Part shown: positions 12,317-24,100 of the stretch, piece by piece
How positions within the stretch are numbered: the first letter of the stretch is position 1
Layout of the letters: each line of letters starts with the position of its first letter
Assembly: GCF_963921235.1 (NCBI RefSeq)
Contig: NC_086097.1
Span: 9,858,001-9,922,000 of the forward strand
From: Mobula hypostoma
Lineage: Eukaryota
DNA: 64,000 bases
Direction: 5' to 3'
Program-made: the position numbers and the translations under genes
The notes under the pieces: generated by a model
Told to the model about the DNA's origin: nothing
Databases searched by the model: none
What the model saw: the letters and a program-made list of their open reading frames with translations, nothing else

Positions 12317-13834
12317 TATAGGAGCAGAATTAGACTATTTGGGCCATCGAGTCTGCTCTGTTATTTCATCATGGCTGATCCAATTTTCCTCTCAGCTCCA
12401 ATCTCCTGCCTCTTCTCCATATCCTTCATATCCTGACTAATCAGGCTCTGCCTTAAATATACATACAAACTTGGCCTCCACAGCTGCCTGTGGCAATGAA
12501 TTCAATAGATTCACCACTCTCTGGCTGAAGAAATTCCTCCGCATCTCCATTCTAAAAGGATGCCTCTCTATTATGAGGCTGTGTCTGCTGGTCTTAAACT
12601 CTCCCACCATAGGAAACATCCTCTGCATATCCGTTCTATCCAGGTCTTTTGCCATTCGATAGGTTTCTATTAGGTTACCCCTCTGAATTCAACTGAGTAT
12701 AGGCCCAGAGCCATCAAAGGTTCTTCCTATGGGAAGCCATTCAAACTTGGAATCATTTTCCTGAATCTCCTTTGAACACTCTCCAATCTCAGCACATACT
12801 TTCAAAGATACGGGGCCCAAAACTGCTCACAATACTCCAAATAAGGCCTCACCAGTGCTTTATGCAGTCTCAACATTACATCCTTGCTTTTATATTTTAG
12901 TTCTCTTGAAATTAATGCTAATGTTGCATTTACCTTCCTCACCACAGACTCGACCTGCAAATTAACCTTTAGGGAATCCTGCTCAAGCACTCCCAAGTCC
13001 CTTTGCACCTCAGTTTTTTTGTGTTTCTCTAAATTTAGAAAATAGACAACCCGTTCATTTCTTCTACCAATGTGCATGACCATACACTTCCTGACACTGT
13101 ATTCCATCTGCCATTTCTTTGTTCATTCTCCTTCTGTAGCTTCTCTACTTCCTCAAAACTACCTGCCCTTCAGCTATCTTTGTATCATCTGCAAACTTCG
13201 CAACAAAGCCATCATTCCCATCATTCAAATCATTAACATACAGCAGAAAAAGAACTGTCCCAACACAAGTCCCTGAGGAACACCACTAGTCACTGGCAGC
13301 CAAGCAAAAAAGGCTCCCTTTATTCCCATTCTTTGCCTCCTCCCAATCAACAACTGCTTTATCCATGCTAGATTCTTTCTGTAATACCATGGGCTTGTAG
13401 CTTGTTAAGCAGTCTCATATCAAATGCCAGATGAGTCCATGATCAGATCAGCCATGATCTTATTGAATGGCAGAGCAGCATCGACAGTCCCGATAGCTGA
13501 CTCCTGCTCTTATTTCTTATGTTCTTATGCCTTCTGAAAATCCAAGTACGCAACATCAACTGAATCTTCTTCGTCTATCCTGCTTGTTATTTCTTCAAAG
13601 AATTCCAACAGATTTGTAAGGCAAGATTTTGATTTGAGGAAACCATGCTGACTACAGCCTATTTGATCATGTGCCTCTAGTACCCGAAACCACATCATTA
13701 GCAATAGACTCCAATATCTTCCCAACCAATGAGGTCAGACTAACTGGCCTATGATTTCCCTTTTTCTGTCCCTCTCCATTCTTGAAGAGTGGAGTGAGAT
13801 TTGCAATTTTCCAGTCTTCCGAAACCATTCCAGA

Positions 13835-14613
13835 CGCCCTTACACTTCCTCCCTTACCACCATTCAGGGCCCCAAACAGTCCTTCCAGGTGAGGCATCAC
13901 TTCACCTGTGAGTCGACTGGGGTGATATACTGCGTCCGGTGCTCCCAATGTGGCCGTTTATATATTGGTGAGACCTGACGCAGACTGGGAGACCGCTTTG
14001 CTGAACATCTACGCTCTGTCCGCCAGAGAAAGCAGGATCTCCCAGTGGCCACACATTTTAATTCCACATCCCATTCCCATTCCCATTCTGACATGTCTGT
14101 CCACGGCCTCCTCTACTGTGGAGATGAAGCCACACTCAGGTTGGAGGAACAACACCTTATATTCTGTCTGGGTAGCCTCCAACCTGATGGCATGAACATC
14201 GACTTCTCTAACTTCCGCTAAGGCCCCACCTCCCCCTCGTACCCCATCTGTTACTCATTTTTATGCACACATTCTTTCTCTCACTCTCCTTTTTCTCCCT
14301 CTGTCCCTCTGAATATACCTCTTGCCCATCCTCTGGGTCACCCCCCCCCTGTCTTTCTTCCCGGACCTCCTGTCCCATGATCCTCTCGTATCCCCTTTTG
14401 CCTATCACCTGTCCAGCTCTCGGCTCTATCCCTCCCCCTCCTGTCTTCTCCTATCATTTTGGATCTCCCCATCCCCCTCCAACTTTCAAATCCCTTACTC
14501 ACTCTTCCTTCAGTTAGTCCTGACGAAGGGTCTCGGCCTGAAACGTCGACTGCACCTCTTCCTATAGATGCTGCTTGGCCTGCTGCGTTCACCAGCAACT
14601 TTGATGTATGTTG
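13835..14613 (+). mobile_element. Penelope-like element 3' fragment: GIY-YIG endonuclease, pyrimidine-rich UTR, hammerhead
   Basis: FQVRHHFTCESTGVIYCVRCSQCGRLYIGET*RRLGDRFAEH; CCAGA duplication at 13830-13834 and 14614-14618. Confidence 0.9.
14515..14552 (+). ncRNA. Minimal type I hammerhead ribozyme motif
   Basis: TAGTC-CTGACGA-AGG(gtctcgg)CCT-GAAA-C-GTC-GACTG: intact CUGANGA and GAAA cores, stem II, GUC cleavage triplet, stem I TAGTC/GACTG. Confidence 0.75.
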
Positions 14614-14670
14614 CCAGAACCTAGTGATTCTTGAAAGATCATTACTAATTTCTTCATCCACCTCTTTCAG

Positions 14671-15130
14671 AACATAGAACATAGAACTATAGAAAACCTA
14701 CAACACAATACAGGCACTTCAACCCACAATGCTGTGCTGAACATGTACTTACTTTAGAAATTACCTAGGGTTACCCATAGCCCTCTATTTTTCTCAGCTC
14801 CGTGTACCTATCCAGGAATCTCTTAAAAGACCCTATCGTATCTGCCTCCACCATTGTTGCCGGCAGCCCTTTCCACGTTCCACTCTCTGTGTAAAAAAAA
14901 TTTACCCCTGACATCTCCTCTGTACCTGCCTCCAAGCACCTTAAAACTATACACTCTCGTGCTAGCCACTTCAACTCTGGGAAAAAGCCTCTGACTATCC
15001 ACATGATCAATGCTTCTCATCATCTTATACATCTCTATCAGGTCAGCTCTCATTTTCCATTGCTCCAAGGAGAAAAGGCCAAGTACCCTCAATCTATTCT
15101 CATAAGGCATGCTCCTGAATCCAGGTAACA
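14671..15130 (-). mobile_element. CR1 3' fragment, (TTCTATG)n-tail subfamily
   Basis: MLPGFRSMPYENRLRVLGLFSLEQ...; aacatagaacatagaac tail. Confidence 0.85.
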
Positions 15131-15686
15131 AACATTGAGGTATACACCACCTGATCCAGGTGACCTATTTACCTTCAGACATTTCAGTTTCCTAAGAACT
15201 TTCTCTTTAGTAACTGTAACTTCATACAATTTATGATCCCCTCAAACACTTCATGACCCCTGACACGTGGAACTTCTGCCATACTGCTTGTGTTTTCCAC
15301 TGTGAGGTCTGACGCAAAATACTTACTCAGTTCATCCACCTTTCCCTTGTCTCCCATTACTACTTCTAGAGCATCATTGGAAGGTCCTATTCCACACTGT
15401 CTCTAAATAAAATTCGAAAAAAAACACAAGATTTAAGATCATGGACAAAGTAGATAATTTGTTTACTACCTCGTTATTGCTGGGGGAATTTGTGGTGTAT
15501 TACTTCGTTGCATGCCACTGTTTGCTCCTCCAGGCACTACTTTACCCTGATATTATGAAAGCATTCTGTGAATGCGACTTGCTCATATACCAAGATGCAG
15601 TGAGAAGGTTTAATTTGCATGCCGATTAGAGAGATCATTCAATTCATATACATGCATTGAAGTGGTAAAATGGAATGCAGAATGTA

Positions 15687-16172
15687 CGAGGGGTGATTGA
15701 TAATTTCGTGGCCTAAGGTAGAAGGAGTCAGTTTTAGAAAACCTAGCACATTTATTTTTCCTACATTTACACACTTAGTCCAGCGATCGTGGAGCATACG
15801 CATCCCTTCTTTGTAGAAGTCGGCGTCTTGGATCTCCATAAGTGGTCTACAGCAGGGGTGATTGATAAGTTTGTGGCCTAAAGTAGAAGAAGATGAGGAG
15901 AAACTTCAAACTTTCTGCATTTTCACTCAAAGAGTGGAACTGCCACGTGCATGTAACGAGAGCTGTATAACTCATCTCCTTCTACCTTAGACCACAAACT
16001 TATCAATCACCCCTGCTGTGGACCACTTCTACAAAGAAGGGATCCGTATGCTCCATGACCGCTGGACTAAATGTGTACATGTAGGAGAGGACTATGTTGA
16101 AAAATAAATGTGCTAAGTTTTCTAAAGTTAACTTCTTCTACCTTAGGGCACAAACTTATCAATCACCCCTCG
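15687..16172. mobile_element. Mariner-derived palindromic MITE with four TIR copies
   Basis: TA|CGAGGGGTGATTGATAA ... TTATCAATCACCCCTCG|TA; transposase C-terminus FYKEGMRMLHDRWTKCV on both arms. Confidence 0.9.
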
Positions 16173-16364
16173 TAGTGTTCCAGTTACCGAGAAGGTGCAT
16201 TGCAGTGCAAGTGTCATTGCAATGTGTCAGAATCAGAATCAGGTTTATTGTCACTGTCTTTTATGACACTAAATTCATTGCTTTGCAGCAGCAGTACAAT
16301 GCAAAGACATAGTATCACTACAAATTACAAAATAAATCAATTGTGGGAAAAAAAGAATGGTGAT

Positions 16365-16875
16365 TACAGGAAAGAGGACAAAATGAAGAGTACAGAGAAA
16401 ATGTACATGGATGCCGGAAGGACTGCAGGACCTGAGTTATAAGGAACGATTGAATAGCTTAGGACTTTATTCCTTGGAATGTAGAAAGATTGAGGGGAGA
16501 TTTGATAGCGGTATGCAAAATTATTAGGGGTATAGGCGGGTAAATACAAGGAGGCTTTTTCCACTGAGGTTGGGTGGGACTACAACTAGTGGTCATGAGA
16601 TAAAGGTGAAAGGGGAAAAATTTAAGGAGAATATAAGGGGAAACTTCTTCACTCAGAGGGTTGTGTGAGAGTGTGGAATGAGCGGCCAGCACAAGTGGTG
16701 CATATGAGCTTGATTTCAGTGTTTATGAGAAGTTTGGATAGGTACATGGATGGCAGGAGTATGGATGATGATGGTCTCAGAGCAGGTTGATGGGACTAGC
16801 CAGTTTAAATGGTTCGGCATGGAGTAGATGGGTCAAAGGGCCTGCTCCTGTGCTGTACTTTTCCATGACTCTATG
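16365..16875 (+). mobile_element. CR1 3' fragment (old)
   Basis: ttaggactttattccttggaatgtagaaagattgagggga...ttcttcactcagagggttgtg...gggcctgctcctgtgctgt. Confidence 0.75.
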
Positions 16876-17914
16876 AAGTGGTATTTAATTTTTTGCATAT
16901 ATATTTTTCTTGTTGTTTATAATATTGCACTGTTCTGCTACCGCAGAACAAATTACATGATATATGTCAGTGATAATAAGTCTGTTTCCGATTCTGCTGG
17001 TGTGTTCATGGACCATTCAGTAATTTGAAAGTGGAGATCAAAAATTAATCTTTTAGCATGTATGTTTATTTTTAGTGTAAATATTTAAATCAGAATCAGA
17101 AACAGGTTTAATTTCACCGGCATGCCATGAAATTTGTTAATTCATCGTATTCATCTTATTGCAGAAGAATTCCTTCTTCTCCATATCAAAAGTCAATTAC
17201 TGTTGGCATTCGGAAACAAAAAGCAAGTCTTTTCCAATTAATCTATCAATGGAAAAGCACGGTTAAATATTCAATTCTGAGTTCCTTACAAGAATGAAGA
17301 GCTTTTTTTTTTCTCATTTCACAGAGACTAAAGTGCTTGCTCTCACTTTCACATTTTTTGGTTTTGCTGAACATTTAACTATAACACAGCCGAACTTCTC
17401 TTTGCTCTGACACTGGACAAACTACAGATGATTTGGAATGCATTAGGAACCAAAATTGTTGGAAAGACACTTATATTGAGTAGGAAAATATTGATGAGAA
17501 ATAAAAGCCTGGATTAGCGGGCAGACTAAAACAATAGCCTGCATTCAAAATTGACGTGCTCATTTTGTGAAAAGAATATTTTATTCACAATAGGAAGCAG
17601 ATTTCACACACTGTGAGTTAATTCTTCTTGTAGAACCGCACAGCTTGCTGTAATGTCGTTTGCAGTTACTATTCCTGTCTTTCCTGACTAATTTTCTGTT
17701 GCCAGACTTAACGAGTAACAAGAGCTTTAGTTTCTATGGAAGAACTGTTAAGGAGCTAAAAGTTGAGACAAGCTTTGATAGAGAGATAATGAGATTAATT
17801 TAGGCAAATGAAGTGAAGCTGTTCACAATAGCAGTCTGGTCAAGACCAGGGGTCATTAGCTTATCTTTGAGACAAAAACATACAGGGGTTTGGAGTGGCA
17901 AATCCATTTTAGAA

Positions 17915-18870
17915 TATAGAGCAGGCCTTTTGGCCTACAACGTTGTACTAAACCAATTAATTAGGCAACAAAATGAATCCCTTATGCCTGCACAAGGACC
18001 ACACCCTTTCCTTTCCCACACAATCATGTGCCTATCTAAGTGTCTCTTAAAAGTCTCCTGTTCTCTCTGGCTCTACCATGACTCCAGGCGGCACATTCCA
18101 GGCATCCACCACTCTCCAAGTAAAAAAAACTTGCCCCTCACAATCTACAGCTCATTACGCCGCTGGAACTGGGGCAGCAATGATGGTCCTCCATCTCTGG
18201 TTGTTTTCAGGGCTTCTTTCATTATGTCAGTAGCTAGGCTTTCACTAATGTTAGACATGCAAGTTTCAGGTGGAGACTCAGGAAAACTCAGATGTAGAAG
18301 GATTCTTCATTGCTGTTTCCTTAACAGTTTTGTTTTACCAGTCAGTGTTCTTAGCCCTGAGCTGAACCCCTGACCCTGGACTATTCTTAGTCTGGCCTTT
18401 ACCTTTTGAATTGTTTGACACATGTGGCCCTACAAAGAGCCAAAGCATGAAGCCCAGACTCCAGCCAGCATAGATCTCTGGCTCGCTGAGGCACACAAGC
18501 CTCCAAACTACGACAAGATGGTGGTCCTCTTGGAGGTTGTCTCTCACAACTCCTTTGAAAGTACCCCCTGTCAAGTTAAATACATGCCCTCTGATATTGG
18601 ACATTTCAACCCTTGGTTAAAGCTATTGCTTGTCTATTCTATCTGTGCCTTTCTTAATTTTTTGAACCTCTATCAGAATTCCCCTCAACCTCCAGCACTC
18701 CAGAGAAAACAACCCAGATTTGTCCAACCTCTTGTGATAGTACATGCCCTGCAATCCAGCCAACTTTCTAGTTTTTGTACCCTCTCCAAAGCCTTGACAT
18801 CCCTTCTAAAATGTGGTGACAAAGACTGTATGGAAGACTCCAGATGTGTCCTATCTAGAGCTTTATAAAA
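17915..18870 (-). mobile_element. Old CR1 3' fragment split by an RTE-related insert (~18145-18537; similar copy at ~35860-36270)
   Basis: SPHFRRDVKALERVQK on the minus strand; the insert sequence recurs at 35.9-36.3 kb. Confidence 0.65.
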
Positions 18871-20338
18871 AGCTGCATCGTTTTCTACAGAAATAATGAT
18901 TATGATGTAATAGACACATCCAAAACAGATGTCAGATACAGAATTAATCAATGCTTTTTAAGGAAGTGAGAGAGAGAATGCTTTGCATGGGTTTTAGGAA
19001 AAGTTTTGGGAATGGGAACAAAAAGAATACAGTAGCTGTACTAGGAGCTGCCATAAATGGGGAAAATGGTCACTTTCAGTGCATTAGCTGATACCAGAAT
19101 CAAATTCTTTCAGCCATTTCATGCTTTCTTCTTATGGATTTTTTTCTGGGTTGAATAGATAGTTTTGGAATGACTTCCAGGATCAAATCTGGTCAAAGTG
19201 CTTGTACAAACAGTCCAATAGTTTTCAGCAGCTATGATGAAGCAAGAATAAGATCTTCCTACCAGCTCAGCTCATTTAAAACATATAGGAGGTGAAATTG
19301 GATGTTGACAGTAATACAAAACATGATAGCTGCAGCCCTTTCTTAAATCTTGATGCAGGAACTTCAGGTGGCTGTAAAAATGCCCAACCAGTCACAATGA
19401 CTCATTTAGTTCACACTATAATGTGGTTCTGGTTTCTGGTCCATCATTTTTTGTTGCTATTTTGGGTGATTTTGAATCAGAACAGCCTTCAGATAAAGGA
19501 CACTAGGCCGAACTGAATATGCCTGGACCCTTTGAATTTTGTGTTTTGTACTCTGTGTTTTTTGCTTTTTTAAAATTTTTGTTGTCATTTGCATTTTTTT
19601 TGCACGTGGGGGGAATACTTGATGTCTTTTGAGGATGTAACTAAACACATTGATGAAGGTACAGCAGTAGATGTAGTGTATATGGAGTTCAGCAAGGCAT
19701 TTCATAAGGTACCCCATGCAAGACTTATTGAGAAAGTAAAGAGGCATGAGATCCAAGGGAACGTTGCTTTGTGGATCCAGAACTGGCTTGCCCACAGAAG
19801 GCAAAAAGTGGTTGTAAATGGGACATATTCTGCATGGAGGCCGGTGACCAGTGGTGTGCCTCAGGGATCTGTTCTGGGACCCCTTCTCTTCGTGATTTTT
19901 ATAAATGACATGGATGAGGAAGTGGAGGGATGAATTAGTAACTTTGCTGATGACATAAAGGTTAGGCATGTTGTGGATAGTGTGGAGGGCTATCAGAAGT
20001 TATAGCAGGACATTGATAGGATGCAAAACCAGGCTGAGAAGTGGCAGATGGAGTTCAACCCAGGTAAGTGTGAGATGGTTCAATTTGGTAGGTCAAATAT
20101 GATGGTAGAATATAGCATTAATGGCAAGACTCTTGGCAGTGTGAAGGATCAGAGAGATCTTGGGGTCCAAGTCCACAGGACACTCAAATCTGCTCTGCAG
20201 GTTGACTCTGTGGTTAAGAAGGCATACGGTGCATTGGCCTTCATCAATCGTGGAATTGAGTTTAAGAGCTGAGAGGTAATGTTGCAGTTATATAGGACCA
20301 TGGTCAGACCCCACCTGGAGTACTGTGCTCAATTCTGG

Positions 20339-20538
20339 AAGGGAGGGAACGTCGACTCATTCCTTCCAAGGTGCAGATTGGAAGTCTGTGTGGGGCACCA
20401 CTCCTCGCACAGACACTAGAGCAATGTGTGATTAAGTGCCTTGCTCAAAGACACAAACACACTGCCACAGCTGAGGCTCGAACTAGCGACCTTCAAATCA
20501 CTAGATGAATGCCTTAACCACTTGTCCACGTGCCCAAC
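20339..20538 (-). mobile_element. tRNA-derived SINE
   Basis: Minus strand: gtggacaagtggttaaggca (A box), gttcgagcc (B box), gtgtctttgagcaaggcacttaa core. Confidence 0.75.
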
Positions 20539-20685
20539 TCACTACAGGAAGGATGTGGAAAGCATAGAAAGGGTGCAGAGGAGATTTACAAGGATGTTGC
20601 CTGGATTGGGGAGCATGCCTTATGAGAACAGGTTGAGTGAACTCGGCCTTTTCTCCTCGAGCGACGGAGGATGAGAGATGATCTG

Positions 20686-21583
20686 TGTTACGTACCCCGT
20701 AACTGGGTTGCCAAACCAGCAGAAATGGATCACTCAGTTGGAGTCTGGATTACTAGAACTAAGAAAGTTTTATTAAAGAAACAAGCAACACAGTACTCTA
20801 ATCAAAAGGATAATAAATGCAACAGTTCAGCAATGATAAACACACATGTACACAGAATTAAGATAACAGGATCAATCAAGCTCTATCGTTGTCTAGGGGT
20901 AAATGACCAGTTTCAAAGTGATGCAAAGTTCAGTTCAATTTAGTTCAGTTCAGTTCGCAGTAATCGCTGCCGTGGGAGATGGACAGTGTGGGGGGAAGGA
21001 GACAGAGAGAGAGCAAAACGAATGAATATTCAAACGGCTTCCACACAGACCTTCGCAGTCAGCTTTCGGGCGAGCCCTTTGTGATGTCATCTGAGGTCAC
21101 CGACCGTGACCCCTCCATTTCCAGATACGATCGTTTCTTTGCAGTGAACCTGGCACCCAGGCAAAGGTGGACACACACCAGGTTCCCGCCGATCGTGCCT
21201 TTCCACCCTGAGCGTCTATGGCTTGATACCGCCACCAGCCGTCCAAAAACTTCCCACCGGCTTGTGGGAGATGCACAACTTCCAGGGTCTCGTTACCTCG
21301 GGGTGTCGTGTGTGTGTTGCCTTAGCGAACCTATCCCTTTTTATCCCCCTGCTGGGGTATCGCCTGTCCATCACTTCAAACAGTTCAGGGTTCAAAGGGG
21401 GAGCCGATCTTGACAGCTCTCCTTCCGTTACTCTCTCCCGTCCCTTCATTAACATCTCCAAATGCTGCTCCATTGTTTTCCTTATCTCTCTCTCTCCTGA
21501 AGACAAGTGGCAGACCAACTGCTGATGCGACTGGTGCCAGCACAGGACCGCTAACATCTTAATCCATGTGTATTCTTGTCACA
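20686..21583 (-). mobile_element. Solo LTR (family A)
   Basis: TG...CA termini (tgttacg...gtcaca); 4-bp TSD tctg/cctg inside CR1; AATAAA on the minus strand near the left end; homologous to 57489-58389 and 53406-54235. Confidence 0.85.
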
Positions 21584-23527
21584 CCTGATAGAGGAGTATA
21601 AGATAATGTGAGGCATTGATTGTGTGAATAGTCGGAGTCTTTTTCCCAGGGTTGAAATGGCTGGTATAAGAGGGCATAGTTTTAAGGTGCTTGGAAGTAG
21701 TTACAGAGGAGATGTCAGGGGTAAGTTTTTTACGCAGAGTAGTGAGTGCATGGAATGGGCTGCCAATGGTGGTGGTGGAGGCGGAAGTGATAACATCTTT
21801 TAAGAGACTCCTGGATAGGTACATGGAGCTTAGAAAAATAGAAGGCTATGGGTAAGTCTAGGTAGTTCTCAGGTAAGGATGTGTTTGGCACAGCTTTGTG
21901 GGCTAAAGGGCCTATAATGTGCTGTAGGTTTTCTATGTTATGTTTCTATGTTTTTTCTTGTACAGGTTCCGTGGTTTTTTCTTTGTTTTATGGTTGCCTG
22001 TGGGAAAATGAACTTCAAGATTGTATACAGCATATATACTTTGATAATAAATGTAGTATGAAATGAGTTACCAACACTTTCAGTCCTTTCATGCTTCTAT
22101 GCTTTCTTTGTATGGATTTATTTTCTAGAGCGAATGGATAGCTTTGGAATGACTTCCAGGATCAACTCATATCAAAGTGCTTGGACAACTAGTCCAGTAG
22201 TTTTCAGCAAATATGATGAAACAAAAATAAGCATTTTCTACTAGCTTAGATCACTTAAAATGTATAGAAGGTGAAACTGGCTGTTGACAGTAATAGGAAA
22301 TAGGATAACAGCAGTCTTTTCTTCAATCTTGATGCAGAAACTTCAGATGGCTGTACGAATGCCCAACCTGTCACAATGACTATATAGATCATGGTATGAT
22401 GTGTTTCTGCTTTCTCCTTTTTTGGCAATTTTGAATTAGGACGGCGTGGAGATACCGTGCGTTAAGCTGAACTGAATATGCCTGGACTCTTTCAATTTTG
22501 TGTCTTATCATTCTCTTCTTTGATACCATTTGTGCGATTTGTTTTTTTTTGTGTGCATGAGGGATGTTGATGTTTTGCTTTGAACATGTTTAGTGGCTTT
22601 TCATTGTTTCACAGCGGTTTGTGAGAAGACAACTCATACATACTTTGATAGTAAATGTACTTTGAATCATTGAATCTTTAAGCTCTTTTTACGTTCTTTG
22701 TAAAGGCTAGCCTTAGCCACATAAGCAGAAAAATATTGTTGTACTTTGTGCAAACAGCTCAGAAGTCACAACTCCGAGTCTATGAGATGAGGCTACTCAA
22801 GTCTACACTCACGGTTGAAAGTATGTGATGAGTTGTGGACATTTTTTTGGCCAATACTATCCAAATACAATAGACATGGAATTTCCCTGTGCTCCAGTTG
22901 GAAGCCGTCAACACATTCCCAATCCTGGCATGGACACATTGCAAATCCTGACACTCCCAGCATCACCGTTTAAAGGAGAAGGAACTGCGTCCCTTTGGAA
23001 TGGAGAACTGGGCCACATCACTCCAACAGTAGGAAGAAGCTTTGGGCAGGATGATGGCAACACCAGCAGAGTGGCTGCCTCACATCTCCAGCAACCCAGT
23101 TCAATCCTAATCTATGTGAAGTCTATGAGTTTCTCCGGGTCTTCTGGATGCAGTTCACAGATGAATTGGCATGTTAATTCCTACTACCTACCACGCATCC
23201 CACAATCTCTTTGCCCCACTACCATCAGGAAAGAAGTACAAGAGCATCAGGACTAGGACTGACAGACTGAGTAACAGCTTCTTCCATCAGGCTGTGAGAC
23301 TAATGAGAATTCTGCCATCTCCAAGGTCTCATCACGAGGACAGCGAGCTGTTCACCAGTGCTGCGCACTAAATACATTTTTGAATTATATTTTATGAACT
23401 TATTTGTGGTAATATTTTGTTTTATGTGTTGTGCGTGAGTGATATATGTTTTGCGGGTGCACTGTGGTACAGGGAAACGTTGTTATGTGTTATGTTTGGT
23501 TGAGGCCAATTAGTTCAAGCTCAAGTT

Positions 23528-23529
<2 letters not shown>

Positions 23530-23580
<51 letters not shown>

Positions 23581-23590
23581 CACACACACA
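23530..23590. repeat. (CA)n microsatellite
   Basis: About 30 CA units, read directly. Confidence 0.95.
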
Positions 23591-24100
23591 GAGTAAGATA
23601 ATGATAAACGTGAACTAGAACTTAATTGGCCTCTTATGAATTGTCCTCAGTGTGTGCAGAGGAATTGTAGGATGGGATGAGTATATGATTAAGGTGATTG
23701 GAGGTGAGTGTAAGGGGAATATGAAAGGTAATAGGTGCAGATTTGTGGGCTGAAGGTCCTGTTTCCATGCTTTGTGACCTAAATAAACAGCTAGAGAATA
23801 CTTTTTTTTTATTTTCTGCTTTCCTCTTTCAATAGAGTGAATGGGGTTCTAAGGGGTGGTAGCAAGCTGTCACCAGAGTGAATTGCACTGAAGCCTCCTG
23901 AAGAAGTGTGCCATTCATACCTCTTGACGTAAGAGATTCTGCTGGAAATATTCAGCAACACACACAGAGCGCTGAAGAAATTCAGCAGGTCAAGCAGTGT
24001 CTATGGGGGGAATAAGGAGTCAACATGTTGAATCAAGACCCTTCATTAGGAATGACATCAACCCCTTGGTATAGGATGGGGAAGGGGGTGGAACAGATGC

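Larger units (their letters stand above)
12317..15360 (-). mobile_element. CR1 ORF2 fragment (host), interrupted by a PLE (13835-14613) and another CR1 (14671-15130)
   Basis: QHGFLKSKSCLTNLLEFFEE..YLDFQKA, VRPYLEYCEQFWAPYL, EDWKIANLTPLFK; the host sequence resumes collinearly after each insert. Confidence 0.85.
19615..21950 (+). mobile_element. CR1 ORF2 3' half, carrying a SINE and a solo LTR
   Basis: [18 protein letters not shown]...[20 protein letters not shown]; tail tttctatgttatgtttctatg. Confidence 0.9.
19095..22675. repeat. Old direct tandem duplication (unit 1 ~19095-19612 + 21950-22065; unit 2 ~22066-22675)
   Basis: tttggaatgacttccaggatcaa...aatcttgatgcag.aacttcag.tggctgta..aatgcccaacc.gtcacaatgact...gaactgaatatgcctggac occurs twice, collinearly. 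Confidence 0.85.

Noticed and set aside
15687..16172. Repeated ~30-bp units as a CRISPR array
   Set aside because: The units are inverted mariner TIRs with TA TSDs and transposase remnants; there are no unique spacers or cas genes, and the context is eukaryotic.
17813..18373. 186-aa ORF as a host gene
   Set aside because: It runs from unique DNA across antisense CR1 and RTE-related repeats, with no recognisable domain.
20440..20538. tRNA gene
   Set aside because: A and B boxes are present but run into a SINE body inserted in a CR1; it is a SINE head, not a clean cloverleaf.
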